This document shows positions 1-12,100 of a DNA stretch of 60,688 nt, one piece after another. Every line of letters begins with the position of its first letter. The stretch's first letter is position 1. Both the position numbers and the translations under genes were made by a program. A model generated the notes under the pieces. The model saw nothing but the letters and a program-made list of their open reading frames with translations, was not told the DNA's origin and did no database searches. The DNA comes from Histomonas meleagridis 2922-C6/04-290x. Taxonomy: Eukaryota > Protista > Parabasalia. The stretch lies in contig JAANOX010000229.1 in assembly GCA_020184695.1 (NCBI GenBank), forward strand, positions 1 through 60,688, in the 5' to 3' direction.

Positions 1-129
1 AAGCGCTCAAAACAGACAGTAAAAATATGAATTTAATGATCATTAAAGAATTCTTTACAACTTATAATTTTAAAAAGAGTGTTTAAATAAATAATATTAA
101 TATAATATAACTATTTATTAATTACATAT

Positions 130-3100
130 TTATTTTATTTTTCTATATCTTTGCATATTTTTATAATTAGGGTTCATTTTGTCTCTTAATTTCTTTGTAA
201 TTTCCGTCAACTTCTTCAAAGTTATTACGCCCGGCGCCAATATCAATGTCGGGATTTTTCGCAACAAATTTTTGTTGTCATTTTCTTGCACAATTATCGT
301 TGCCAAGCCAGTGTTAACTGCCATTTCCGCCGTATCTTTGCCACTTAAGAAATCCAAAGCCACACTTAAAAATCTTTCAGCTATTGTTGTCGCATTTGCT
401 CCCACATTTAGTGATTCCATTGCAATAATCTTAAATAAAGCTGAGATAGATTTCATTAATCCTATGCTAAATCCAAATTTTTTAATATCAAATATGAAAA
501 GTTCTTTAATTGCGTTATTAATTCTTTTCAAGTTTTTAATTATTGGTAAACCACTCAAAATTGACATCACATTTGGCTTTGTCAATTCATTCAAATAGAA
601 TTCAATCAATAAACCAGTCAATTCGTCGAAACCGTTTACGGCGAAGAAAATACAATTTGAAAGGTTTATGTTGATATCGTCCAAGAATATATCTAACCAC
701 GCTCTAAAATGTGCAGATATGTTTATATTTGAAGGTTCCACTTTAAATAATTGAAACACTAACGGTTCTACTTTAATGGTATCTGCTAAAAATTGTGGAA
801 TTTTAATATTAAAACATTTTATAAAAAAGTTAATTTGTGATTGGGTCAAAAATATTAATAAATTTGGAAGTTTCATTCTAAATGATAATTCAGTTCTACA
901 TGTGTTAGTGTTAAATATATCGATCATAATATTTAATAATTCATCCGAATTAATACCCAATAAAATTTTAGATTCAGAATTTTGGATATTATCATAAACA
1001 TTTAAAGTTTTTATGTTTAATATAATTCGTGATCCGATTAATGTTGGATCATTTTGATAATTATTTACTATTAAATTCGTTTCGATTACTATTAAAATAG
1101 AATTTGATTCATCGCGTGTTGTTATTATATCAAATTCATCTGAATTAATATCTTCGACTTCATTCGTAATATTTGGTTGTTTATCATAATAATTTAAGTT
1201 ATAAATTGTCGATAAATCTCTTCCACCATATAATGTTACATTTAAATTTATATTATTTATATTTATATTAATGTTCGGTTTAGTTTTCGGGTCTTCGATT
1301 TCTATAACTAAATCATTATTTGTTGGTACATTAAATACATTTTCTTTTTCTTCATTTTCATTTATAGTTTTATCATTAATGTTTACGGAATCAATTAACT
1401 CTTCAATCGATTCAAATACTTTTGGCTCTTTCATTGTTAATGTTTCATTAACTTTTTTAGGATTAAAATCAAAGTTCGTTAATTGAAGTGATTGTGTAAT
1501 TGTTGATGTTAAATCCATTAATGATTGTGGAACATCAAATGTTTGAATTTGTTGTTGTTTTTCTTGTGGTTTATCTAACCCATACATTATATGATTAATG
1601 AATGAGATAAATACACGTAAAGAATCATAACAAAATGTTAAATTGATATCAACGTTTGGTACATTAATAGAAGTTAATGAATTTTGATAATTAACTTCAA
1701 GTGGATTTACATTTATAGTTCCAATTTTCGCAAAGTTATTTGCCGTATATGGAAATTCAGTATGTGTAAATGAATATATCGATAAATTTGTTCGTTGATT
1801 CGAAAAATATAATTGTAAATTTGTGTTAACTTTAATATTTATATTCATTGGATTTAATTTCCCTTTGAGTTCTAATGTTATCATTGGAATTTGTACTATT
1901 GCACGTGATGGCATCTTTAATGTTGAATGATCAATATAAACATTTGTTATATTTATGTTATAATTGATATTCGTTGGTGGAATTATAGTTTTTGATTCCG
2001 TTTGTGATGATTTTGATTTAGGAAACATTTGAAGTATTTTAGATATAAATTCAAAGTCATTTGGTATACGTATTAATATATTACTTAAATTAAGATTTCC
2101 TGAAATTAATTGATCTTTACCTAAACTTTGAATATATGAAAAATTCAATCCAAAAAAATTATTAGTATTATTCGGTATAAATGTTAAAATATTTATGTTA
2201 TCTTTTAATTTGATTTCCGATTTTTGAAGTTTTAAAGTTGTATGAAGTTGTGTATCGGCGGGAGTTTTTGAATAGAATAATTTGACAAATAAATCATTCA
2301 ATTCAACCAGAAGACCGTTAATATTCAATGAGACATTCGGTAATTTTGTGTTGAAAATAATCGAACTTTTATTCATTTGAATTGTCTTCGGTTCGTTTGA
2401 ATTAAAATGTTTTGAAATCATTTCAACAAAATCGAAAATTGCAGTAATAATTTCTTGTGTAATATTAATTACAAGAAATGGCATTATTAAATTTATTACT
2501 GTTGAATTAAATTCACTATTTAATTCGAATAATTTAAAGTTATTAAAAATTGTTAATTCATTTTGTGGAGTTGGAAGTTTTATAGAAATTTCACTTTGTT
2601 GACTTAATGAAATTATTGGATTGTTTTTATAAGAGAAAGTAAAAGATTTTATTGTAAAAATTATTTCATTTTCATTCATTTTAAATCGGAAATTTTCGAT
2701 TTTTAAAGATAGTGAATTATATAAATTAACTTCGATTAACTTCACCGTGAAGTCCAATTGGATACTATTTGCTTGATTTTGTTGCTGATTTTGTTTAGTT
2801 TTTGGTTGATTTTGAATAATATTGATAAGTTGAAAAAGTGTTTCAGTAATATTAGGATCAATAAATAAAGTGATTTTATCGATGGATCCATTGATTTTGT
2901 TTGTGTTTTGATCATAAAATGCTTTTAATTCAAGAATATTTGCAATATCTTTTTGGCGCCGTTTCTCACCAATTACAAGATATAACTTCGTGAGATTGAG
3001 ATCAAACGATTTCTTATACTCACATCGAAGCTTATCTATTAAAAAAGATAATTTGTCATATTTATCAGAAATATGGATAATGCATGTAAAGTTTTCGATT

Positions 3101-3552
3101 TTACCATTAACTTGTTTGACACAATCTAATAGCCAATCCTTGAACTTTTGTTCTTTTTTGATTGGAAGTTGTTCTTTAAAGGTTATAATTGAATTTGTTA
3201 ATTCTTGATCTTCTTCAACTGGTTCATTTGCACAAACATCAATTTCAACAACACTTCGCGAAACTTCTAAGTTGAATTTAGATAAGTTATATGAAGCGTC
3301 AAATTTAAGATTTGAAAAATAAATTGATTTAAATAATAAAAATGGTACATAAGAATTGACTAATTTGCAATCCAAAAAAACACGATTTAAAGTTAAATGA
3401 ATTGTCCAATCTTCAAATAATTGAAGAGATAACATGTCATCTTGAATTGGTTCTTCTAGAAATCTTTTAATAATATTTCTTAGTAAAGTTTCAGCGGCCG
3501 CATTTGTTGTGTCAGCAACTGCACCTACAAGCCAACGAAAGATGGAAGTCAT
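130..3552 (-). CDS. ATG2: ATG2-like bridge-like lipid transfer protein (chorein N-terminus)
   Basis: 1140-aa ORF. The N-terminus (TLLRNIIKRFLEEPIQDDMLSLQL) resembles the ATG2 chorein_N segment. A long beta-rich body follows, and the C-terminus (VEPLVFQLFKVEPSNINISAHF...ILSGLPIIKNL) resembles ATG2 C-terminal regions. Recognised by eye. Confidence 0.65.
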   Translation of the reverse strand: MTSIFRWLVGAVADTTNAAAETLLRNIIKRFLEEPIQDDMLSLQLFEDWTIHLTLNRVFLDCKLVNSYVPFLLFKSIYFSNLKFDASYNLSKFNLEVSRSVVEIDVCANEPVEEDQELTNSIITFKEQLPIKKEQKFKDWLLDCVKQVNGKIENFTCIIHISDKYDKLSFLIDKLRCEYKKSFDLNLTKLYLVIGEKRRQKDIANILELKAFYDQNTNKINGSIDKITLFIDPNITETLFQLINIIQNQPKTKQNQQQNQANSIQLDFTVKLIEVNLYNSLSLKIENFRFKMNENEIIFTIKSFTFSYKNNPIISLSQQSEISIKLPTPQNELTIFNNFKLFELNSEFNSTVINLIMPFLVINITQEIITAIFDFVEMISKHFNSNEPKTIQMNKSSIIFNTKLPNVSLNINGLLVELNDLFVKLFYSKTPADTQLHTTLKLQKSEIKLKDNINILTFIPNNTNNFFGLNFSYIQSLGKDQLISGNLNLSNILIRIPNDFEFISKILQMFPKSKSSQTESKTIIPPTNINYNINITNVYIDHSTLKMPSRAIVQIPMITLELKGKLNPMNINIKVNTNLQLYFSNQRTNLSIYSFTHTEFPYTANNFAKIGTINVNPLEVNYQNSLTSINVPNVDINLTFCYDSLRVFISFINHIMYGLDKPQEKQQQIQTFDVPQSLMDLTSTITQSLQLTNFDFNPKKVNETLTMKEPKVFESIEELIDSVNINDKTINENEEKENVFNVPTNNDLVIEIEDPKTKPNINININNINLNVTLYGGRDLSTIYNLNYYDKQPNITNEVEDINSDEFDIITTRDESNSILIVIETNLIVNNYQNDPTLIGSRIILNIKTLNVYDNIQNSESKILLGINSDELLNIMIDIFNTNTCRTELSFRMKLPNLLIFLTQSQINFFIKCFNIKIPQFLADTIKVEPLVFQLFKVEPSNINISAHFRAWLDIFLDDININLSNCIFFAVNGFDELTGLLIEFYLNELTKPNVMSILSGLPIIKNLKRINNAIKELFIFDIKKFGFSIGLMKSISALFKIIAMESLNVGANATTIAERFLSVALDFLSGKDTAEMAVNTGLATIIVQENDNKNLLRKIPTLILAPGVITLKKLTEITKKLRDKMNPNYKNMQRYRKIK

Positions 3553-3658
3553 TTTTCTAAATCACCAGAATCTACGGTTAGTAGAAAATTTTGCGGTTTG
3601 TTTACAACGATGCAAAAAAAAATAATTTAAAAAATTATAAAAAAGAAAAACATTGAAC

Positions 3659-4090
3659 TTATTTACTTCTATAATCGCTTATTAAACACAAAATCGATTG
3701 TAAAAGAGCATACACCCCGGAAAGAATTTCAATGAGAAATGCTGCTAAATGCCTCTTCTTTATTAAGTCCATGTCCCTAACAATTGTCATAGGCTCGAAA
3801 GTGAGCTTGTTTTTATCAGTAGATTTCGATTTTAGTCTGAATATGAAAATAAGGATTGTTCCATTTAAAATTAAAACAGGAAGGCCTTTCCAAAATACAA
3901 ACAAAGGGAGAACTGTGTTTGCAAGTTGACAAGCAATTATAGGTTTTACATGTCTTTCCAAAGATATGCAAAGGTCAATTGGATTTGTATTGTTGAAGTG
4001 GAAATTTGTCAATTTAGTTAAAATGATACTATGGTATATAGCTGCAAATGTGCAAAAAATAACAATAAAAACCCAAATTCCAGTGCTCAT
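3659..4090 (-). CDS. Cornichon/Erv14-family ER cargo receptor
   Basis: 143 aa with three hydrophobic segments. NPIDLC matches cornichon NPIDQC and FEPMTI matches YDPTTI. Confidence 0.75.
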   Translation of the reverse strand: MSTGIWVFIVIFCTFAAIYHSIILTKLTNFHFNNTNPIDLCISLERHVKPIIACQLANTVLPLFVFWKGLPVLILNGTILIFIFRLKSKSTDKNKLTFEPMTIVRDMDLIKKRHLAAFLIEILSGVYALLQSILCLISDYRSK

Positions 4091-4299
4091 TAATAAGAAC
4101 CGTTAATCATATGATGGGAATTTAAAAAATGCGTTGCCCGGGAATCGAACCCGGATCACAAGCTTGGAAGGCTAGCATGATAACCACAATTCCAGTGCTC
4201 ATTAATAAGAACCGTTAATCATATGATGGGAATTTAAAAAATGCGTTGCCCGGGAATCGAACCCGGATCACAAGCTTGGAAGGCTAGCATGATAACCAC
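4076..4299. repeat. Perfect 112-bp tandem duplication (4076-4187 and 4188-4299)
   Basis: The two copies are identical by direct comparison, with mismatches immediately outside both ends. Confidence 0.95.
4130..4187 (-). pseudogene. tRNA-Gly(TCC) 3' fragment (58 nt, 5' 14 nt missing)
   Basis: Identical to the 3' 58 nt of the tRNA at 4242-4313. It lacks the 5' acceptor strand and the first D-stem strand. Confidence 0.9.
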
Positions 4300-4313
4300 T
4301 ACACTAGCAACGC
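4242..4313 (-). tRNA. tRNA-Gly(TCC)
   Basis: Minus strand reads GCGTTGC-TA-GTGTAGTGGTTATCAT-G-CTAGC-CTTCCAA-GCTTG-TGAT-CCGGG-TTCGATT-CCCGG-GCAACGC-A (72 nt cloverleaf), followed by a T-run Pol III terminator. Confidence 0.95.
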
Positions 4314-4526
4314 TTTCATTTTGTTTTGAGTTCTAATATATTAAAATAGTTTTAATTAATCCAAATTATTGATAAAAATCATTCATAATTTTGTTGAGCT
4401 TTAAAGCTGTTTAAACAGTTAATAATTTCGAAAATATTCTTAAAATCATTTTTATTAATAAAACATATATAGTTTTAACATATGATAAAAACTTATAGGG
4501 GAAAAAAATATATTTATCAATAAACA

Positions 4527-4976
4527 TTAAAATAAAATAAAGTGGAAGAACCTTTCGCCTCCAGGAATATATGATAAAACAAAGTATAAAAATGAAAGGA
4601 TTTCAAACACAAAGCTAATAATTGATAGTATAATCCAGTGTTTATATGCTCCAAAGAAAAGAGTGAGAACCATTCCGCAAACCATGCAAATAGATGACAC
4701 TAATCTCTTTTTATCACTGCAAGAACGAAATATTTTTGAAAATCCTATCAGAAGTGAAAGTGAAGCAAAAAAAAGGATCGAAGACAGTGTGAATAAAACA
4801 GAAAATTTTCGTAAATTTAAGATAAATAATGAAACAATTGATAATATTCCTGCTAAAATAGCGCATATTCCAGTAATAATAAATCCTATAATTCTTTCTG
4901 AGTATGTGAGGTGAAGAAAACCTTCTGGTTCTTCATCTGTAATCATTCCAGTCACTTGATCCAAAACCTCTGCCAT
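4527..4976 (-). CDS. SFT2: Got1/Sft2-family vesicle transport protein (4 TM)
   Basis: 149 aa. LTYSERIIGF, KFSVLFTLSSIL, KKRLVSS and LSYIPGG match the SFT2 family pattern. Confidence 0.8.
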   Translation of the reverse strand: MAEVLDQVTGMITDEEPEGFLHLTYSERIIGFIITGICAILAGILSIVSLFILNLRKFSVLFTLSSILFFASLSLLIGFSKIFRSCSDKKRLVSSICMVCGMVLTLFFGAYKHWIILSIISFVFEILSFLYFVLSYIPGGERFFHFILF

Positions 4977-4988
4977 TTTTAGTTTTCT

Positions 4989-4996
4989 GTCACTTT
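4989..4996 (-). promoter_or_regulatory. AAAGTGAC core-promoter motif (Trichomonas M2-like) upstream of SFT2
   Basis: Exact AAAGTGAC on the sense strand, 12 nt before the ATG at 4976. The same 8-mer precedes RPS18 and the GH99-like gene. Confidence 0.55.
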
Positions 4997-5475
4997 TCTA
5001 TAACCAACTGACCAATTATAAGTGCCGTTTTTTGAAATCTAATCAGAAAGTTTACAATATAAAAATCATATTGTGTATCTCTCGCTTTATTTTCATAAAT
5101 TAATTTATTAAAAAATTCTTAATTACATTATTTTTTCATATACAGAATCAAAGTCTCTCAAAAATGTTATAAAGCTCAGTTCAAAACCCTTTAAACAAAC
5201 TTTTTCTAATTGAACTTAAAAGCATTCAAAAGTGTCCCAGCCGCCTGAATGAGGCATTAGTAAAATTGAATGATTAAATGGTCAATAAAATTTACAAATA
5301 AATTTCAATGTATTCATCACAAATTAATTAATGCGTAATTTCTAAAATAAATTTCAAGTTTCTTCATTACATGAATATTTCAAAATATATCAAGTTTACT
5401 TATTTTAATGTCATCTTCAGAAAACATTTTAAATATATTTTAGCTCACATTTGTTTTTTGATTATAAAATGAATA

Positions 5476-8055
5476 TTATAATATGATATTAATATTAATA
5501 TATTCTTCAAATTCTTCAAATTTATTTTGGTTCTTCTTTCTTGATCTAATCACGAAGAATATAATCAATCCAACAATAATCAGAGCCACAGCAGGAATAC
5601 AAATGCCTAATGCGATTGCGAGAGTACTATTATCACTTGGTGGCTTACACTCCTTTTCATATGTTATCTGAAGTGAACCAAATTTCTCGCCTTGATAAGA
5701 AGAAAGCACAACAACTGAAGTTGCTGGTACATCTTTGAATACATTTGCTCCAATTTTTGGTTCTGTTTCTCCATAATAATAAATGCAATAAAGTTGGTCA
5801 CAATTTACAAATACATCGTCGCCAATTGAAGTAACATTTTTTCCTATACTGACTGTTTCTAATTTATCGCAATTGCTAAATGCATATTCTTTAATTGTTG
5901 TAACAGAATCTGGAATCACAACATTTTTTAATAAAAGACATCCACTAAATGAACTTAATCCAATTGTTTCGACATTGTTCCCAAAATTTATTGTTTCAAG
6001 TATAGAACATTGATAAAATGCATAATCTTCAATTGTTGTAACTGAAGATGGAATATCAAATGTTGAAGTTGAAATTCCCTTTGGATAACAAATTATTGTT
6101 GTTATGTTTTTATCATAAAGAATTCCATCACCATTGTAATTCGAATAATGTTTGTTTTCATTTGATACTTTTATAGATTTAAGATTCATACAATCATTAA
6201 ATGCTTGTGTTTTAATTATTACAACATTATTACCAATGTTTATTGTTTCAAGTATAGAACATTGATAAAATGCATAATCTTCAATTGTTGTAACTGAAGA
6301 TGGAATATCAAATGTTGAAGTTGAAATTCCCTTTGGATAACAAATTATTGTTGTTATGTTTTTATCATAAAGAATTCCATCATCATCGTAATTCGAATAA
6401 TGTTTGTTTTCATTTGATACAGTTATATATTTAAGACTTTTACATCCAGAAAATGTTTTCTTTCCAATTGTTCTAACTTTATTACCAATAACAAATGATT
6501 CTAAATTATAACATTGATAAAATACTTCATCTCCAATTGTTTCAATATTTTCTCCATTGTAAACTACTTCCAATGAATTGCAATATGAAAAAGTAGAATT
6601 TCCAATTGTAGTAACTGAACTTGGAATAATGATTTTTTTTAATAAACCACAATTACTAAATGAATAATCTCCAATTGTTCTTACTTTATTCCCTAGAGAA
6701 ATTGATTGTAGATGATAACAATTATAAAATACTGAATTTTCGATTTTAATAATTGATTTCGATAATCCAATAATTTTTATACGAGTGCATTCAGCAAATG
6801 CAGAAATACCAATTGTATTAACAGAATTTGGCATTGTGATATTTTGTAAAAAAATGCATTCATAAAATGCTTTATTACCAATTACTTCAACACTATCACC
6901 AAAAATTATTTTTTCCAGAGATCTACACGAATAAAATGCACAATCCTCAATTCTTTTAACACCATTTCCTATGATAACTGATTCAATGTAGTTGCATCGA
7001 GAAAAGGAATTCATACCTATTATTTCAACTGAACTTGGAATAATGATATTTTTTAATAAATAACAATAATAAAATGCATAATCGCCAATTGTTTTGACAT
7101 TGTTCCCAAAAAATACTGTTTTTAAATTCAAACAATAATAAAATGCATATTCTTCAATTGTCGTAACAGAATCTGGAATTTCAATTTGTTCTATTGATAT
7201 GCATTTGTAAAAAGCATATTTCCCAATTATTATAATTTTATCGCCACTGTTAACTTTTCTGATATAAGAACATTGATAAAATGCATAATCTTCAATTTTA
7301 ATAACTGAATATGGAATATTAAATGTTGTATGAAAAATATTTATTGGATGACATATTAATGTTGTTATGTTTTTATCATAAAGAATTCCATCTTTATTGT
7401 AATTCGAATAATGTTTGTTTTCTTTTGATACAGTTATAGATAGAAGACTTGTACAATTAGTAAATGATTGTTCTCCAATTGTGGTTTCTTCGCCTTTAAT
7501 ATTAACTGTTTTTAATGATATACATTCAAAAAATACACTGTGTCCAATTTGCATTGAATGTGGGATCTCAATAGTTTCTAAAGAATAACATCTATAAAAT
7601 GCTTTATCTTCAATTAATTCAACAGAGCTTCCAAATTTAAATGATTTTAATGATGAACATTCAGAAAATGCAACAACTCTGATTGCTTTGACAAAAGATC
7701 CAATATTAATTGATGATAATTTTCTACATTTTTCAAATGATGAGCCTCCAATTGAAGTAACATTGTCGCCAATGTCAACTGTTTCTAATTCTGGGCATGC
7801 ATAAAATGAATAAACTTCTAATGTAACAATTGAGCCTGAAATATTTACAGTTTTTAATAGAGGCCATTCCGAAAAAGAACTTGATTTGATTTTAGTCAAA
7901 TCGCCTCCAATAATAACATGAGCTGTTATATTCTTAAATTGTGATGCTTGTTCTAATTCACTGGAACTTCTAATTTCAAGTGTACCATCTGAAAATTTTT
8001 CAGATGATAATATCAAAATAAGAGGTAAGGAGATAAAAAAGAAAGAAACATTCAT
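5476..8055 (-). CDS. BspA-like (TpLRR) leucine-rich-repeat surface protein with C-terminal TM and short cytosolic tail
   Basis: Many IPxSVTTIxxxAFxxCxxLxxI repeats. The likely start is ATG 8055 (MNVSFFFISLPLILILSS signal peptide), although the ORF is open to 8172. TM segment LAIALGICIPAVALIIVGLIIFFVI is followed by RSRKK. Confidence 0.9.
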   Translation of the reverse strand: MNVSFFFISLPLILILSSEKFSDGTLEIRSSSELEQASQFKNITAHVIIGGDLTKIKSSSFSEWPLLKTVNISGSIVTLEVYSFYACPELETVDIGDNVTSIGGSSFEKCRKLSSINIGSFVKAIRVVAFSECSSLKSFKFGSSVELIEDKAFYRCYSLETIEIPHSMQIGHSVFFECISLKTVNIKGEETTIGEQSFTNCTSLLSITVSKENKHYSNYNKDGILYDKNITTLICHPINIFHTTFNIPYSVIKIEDYAFYQCSYIRKVNSGDKIIIIGKYAFYKCISIEQIEIPDSVTTIEEYAFYYCLNLKTVFFGNNVKTIGDYAFYYCYLLKNIIIPSSVEIIGMNSFSRCNYIESVIIGNGVKRIEDCAFYSCRSLEKIIFGDSVEVIGNKAFYECIFLQNITMPNSVNTIGISAFAECTRIKIIGLSKSIIKIENSVFYNCYHLQSISLGNKVRTIGDYSFSNCGLLKKIIIPSSVTTIGNSTFSYCNSLEVVYNGENIETIGDEVFYQCYNLESFVIGNKVRTIGKKTFSGCKSLKYITVSNENKHYSNYDDDGILYDKNITTIICYPKGISTSTFDIPSSVTTIEDYAFYQCSILETINIGNNVVIIKTQAFNDCMNLKSIKVSNENKHYSNYNGDGILYDKNITTIICYPKGISTSTFDIPSSVTTIEDYAFYQCSILETINFGNNVETIGLSSFSGCLLLKNVVIPDSVTTIKEYAFSNCDKLETVSIGKNVTSIGDDVFVNCDQLYCIYYYGETEPKIGANVFKDVPATSVVVLSSYQGEKFGSLQITYEKECKPPSDNSTLAIALGICIPAVALIIVGLIIFFVIRSRKKNQNKFEEFEEYININIIL
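5987..6420. repeat. 182-bp near-identical internal duplication in BspA (5987-6168 and 6239-6420, offset 252 bp)
   Basis: Direct comparison shows 2 mismatches. A more diverged third copy lies near 7320-7440. Confidence 0.85.
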
Positions 8056-9168
8056 CTTGTTGCAGGATTTTTTTTGTTTCTGTTTGAGGTATTGACGATC
8101 GATTTTACGATTAAAAAGCATTGAAAAAATGTTTATTAGTTCAGTCAAAATGCAGCTTTTTGACATAAGCAAAACCCCTCACCGATTATTTCGAATTTAA
8201 AATTGATATGTACATAAAGATAATTGATAATATGTTATAAAACGCACGTTAAATATATTCAAATTTAATAGGATCATTCAAAACAACAATTTCATATGAA
8301 AATAACCGTTTGACAAAATTTCTTTGGGAAATCTAGTCAAAAAAAGCGCAACGTCACGCACTTAATAATAGTAAATCAAATTTATCTAATGCATAGTAAG
8401 AGTCACTTCTAATAATGTCATATGAAAATGAGTATATTTTATTTTAAATAGTGTCCAATTTCGAAATTGGAAATTAGATGTTGCTATTTAATTCTAAAAA
8501 TTGATCATCAATTCAATTATAGGTTTACAAATCGAGTACAATTGAATACAATTGTATATGTTCAATCTAATAAGAATTATGAAATATATCAGGTTCCTTA
8601 AGTTGACCGTTAACGCTTTACAGTCATAATTGTTATAAACGGTTTCTTAAAACTCTTTTGTCATAAAAATGAATATGGTCTGTAATATTTTTTGATGCTA
8701 AAAATATCTGACCAATGGTTCAGCATATAATGCCTAAATTGCAACAGCATTGGCTATTCAATTTTTGAAATTGCATTCTTAAATACATTGTGAAATAAAG
8801 AAACATCAGAAAATATAAATGCAGATAAGAACATTACCAATTTGTATGCATACAGACATTATTTTTTATTTTAAATTCATGAATACATAGAAATTTTATA
8901 CTGATAATTGTTGATGCAATTGTTTTTTGTATTTTCCGTAACCACCTGAAAAATGTTGTTGTAGAGTACAAATGTTATTAAACATAAATCAAAATTCACA
9001 ACTTAATTAATTAATCAAATCATAATGTAATTACACTATTTTAACTCATTATTTACCTATAAATAATCATTACTTGAATTTTGCATTCAATAATTTCCAC
9101 ATTATTTACTTCCAATCAGAAAAAAAAAAATAGATATTTATTTCTAAATTTTATTTAAACATTAAAAT

Positions 9169-12100
9169 TCATACAGAACAAAACTGCGAGTCCGCATATT
9201 CTTGAAGTCGTTTTTTCATTTCTTTCAAGAAAATTTCTTCATCTTCAAATTTCCCAATCACCAACAAATGTTCATCTTGAATTGTTTCGATTACATTTTC
9301 TTCTTCGCTGCAAACCAAATTAATTTTAGGGAAACTTTGCGAATTTAATGCGTTTGTTCCCCAATATCCAATTACAAACTCAACAAACATCAAAACAACG
9401 AAATTTGGCATTATTTTGATATATCTTTTTAGCCATTCTTCTGATTTTGTGTTCTTTTTATTTGGCAAAATATTTATATATAAATATTCTTTTAATTCTT
9501 TAATTAATATTTGACAATTTGATACTTCAGGAATTATCCGAATTAAGTCAGGATCAATTTGTGTATATAAATTTAGTTGATTTTCTATTAAAAAATTAAT
9601 TCTATTTTGTGATTGATTAATAAAATTCGAAAAATCTTTGCAGTTGTCAAATTTCATGTAAACATTCAAATTTGCATTATTCAGAAAAAGTGGGTTTTCA
9701 GTGATGAAATGACGGTTAACGCCGTAAAGTTTTGAATCGGTTTTCGATGATTTTTGGATAATTTTTTGTACAAATAAAACTGATTCATATGAAAAATAAG
9801 TAGATAAAGGTAAACAAGAATACTTTGTTTCAGATATTATCTTATTTTTAAATGATGTTGAACAAATTAATTGATGAGTATGATGAGGTTTCCAATTAAT
9901 TAATTCATTTAATATTAAAGAATAATCCACATTTTTACATATAATATATTTAACTACTAAATTTTCATTATTTGCGTCAGCATTTTTAACTTTAAATTTT
10001 CCACTTTTGATATAAACATATGAATTAGACATGATAAAGTAATCAATATTTTCTGAGTCCACAATTTTGAATTTCAATTCTTTTTTTGTTTTAATTTTCA
10101 AATAAATGTTTTTTACTTCACCAAATTCGAAGTTTAAAGGCAATTTTCCTTTTGAAACGATAGGGCTACAAACGTATTCTATGTATTTAGGTAACAAAAA
10201 ATTTTTTGGATATTTATAAACTATTGAATTTGGGAATAAAAATGAAATTACATTAAATTTTAAAGGATTTTTCGGTGAAATTATATAAATTAATTCGAAA
10301 ACATTTGAAAACAAACTTAAAAATTTAATTTCGGAATTTTTAATTATTGACACAATATTATGAAAATAATCGAAATTTAACTTTAAATATAATATAATTA
10401 AACTATAAGTATAAATCAATAAGTCAATACAACTATTATGAAAATCATTTAAAGGTATAACGATTGAATTCAAATTAATTTTATAGAAATCAGAAGAAAA
10501 TCCAATAATTTCAAAGTTATAATTCCTGTTAAATATATAACAATTATTAAGTTTAACAATTTGATTATTCGGTAAAAAAATTGAAGATTCATTGTATTTA
10601 CGAATTATATTATTTTCGTAAAGTGAAAAATATTTTTTTAGTTGATCATTATATAGTTTTAATTTATCAATTGTAACATTTTGAAGAATTAATTGAAATA
10701 AATCGAAAAATATTTTTTCCGAATTATTCCATAAATGTTTACATTGTAAATTATTTATATCAATTGAATCATTAGGAAAAGGAAACAAAATCGAAAAAAC
10801 TTTATAATATATCGAAGGTTTCAATATAATTTTATTTTTTACATTTGATAATAACTTAATACAAATTAATTGTTTAAAACATTGAATTAATTTATTCGAT
10901 GATTTTAAAAATATACATTGATTATATAATGATGAATCAATGTTTGGGAAATAATTAAAACTTTTTATGTTTTGTTTGATTTTCATTAATTTAATTTTCA
11001 TGTTTTTGACATTAAAACATTTCGAATTCTTTGGATATTTCAAATTGAAATTTTGGATTTTGTCGAAATTAATTTGATATTCGATAATATTCGAAGGAAA
11101 TAATTTAATATTAAAAAATAACATATTAATTGATGGCGATATTAATATTTTTGTTGTTAATTTTTGATCAACATAAGTTAAAATCATTGATTTCTTTGGA
11201 TTTATTATAATTTTAATATTTGTTAAATCATTTTCATTGTTTTTTACTTTTAATGATTTTGATTTAAAAAGTAATGAATCGAATTTATGGATACCAAAAA
11301 ATGTTAATTTCATTGATGGATTTGTTTTCGATGGATATAACTTTAAAATAATTTCAGTTGGTAATTGTGAATAAATTGGAGAAGAGACAAAAATAGTTTC
11401 TTCATCTAATGACATTATTAAACCTTCTTTAATATTATTATTATTAAATTTTACGTTATTATTTTTAAACCTTAAATTACTTTCGAGTGTGAAAATCGGT
11501 TGTTGGACATTTCGTAAAGATAAATGTTGAAAAAAATCATAAAAAAAATCTTCTGGAGAAAAGTTATATAGAAATTTATAATTCATTAGTTTTGATTTAA
11601 ATTCATCTGATAACAATTGAATGAATTTTTTATGATTTAAAAATAATAATAAAGAAGAATACTTAAATACATTTAAATAATGTAATTTATAGTTAATTCG
11701 TTCAAATAAATTTATAAAAATCGAAAATTTTTTAAATGAATTTAATTGTATTAAAGTTTCACATTCACACCAAATTTTTTTAATGTTGAGAATCGAATAA
11801 TTATTATTATTAATTTTAATTATATAATTAATAATATCAAATTCTTCTATAATTCCTGAAATCTCTGTGTAATTAGAAGTTATAAAATGTATTTTTACTC
11901 CTTTACGTATAACTTCTAATGAGTTATTCATAATTGCAAATATTATAATTGAATTTGATTCATTTGATTTTTTAATGTAATTCAACAAAAATTCCCTAAA
12001 AATACTATTTTTCATATTAAACAATTTCTTAAAGTAATTTATCATAATAAAAATTGAAATTAATGAATTTGTTGGTTCTTTTTGAAACTTAAATATATTT

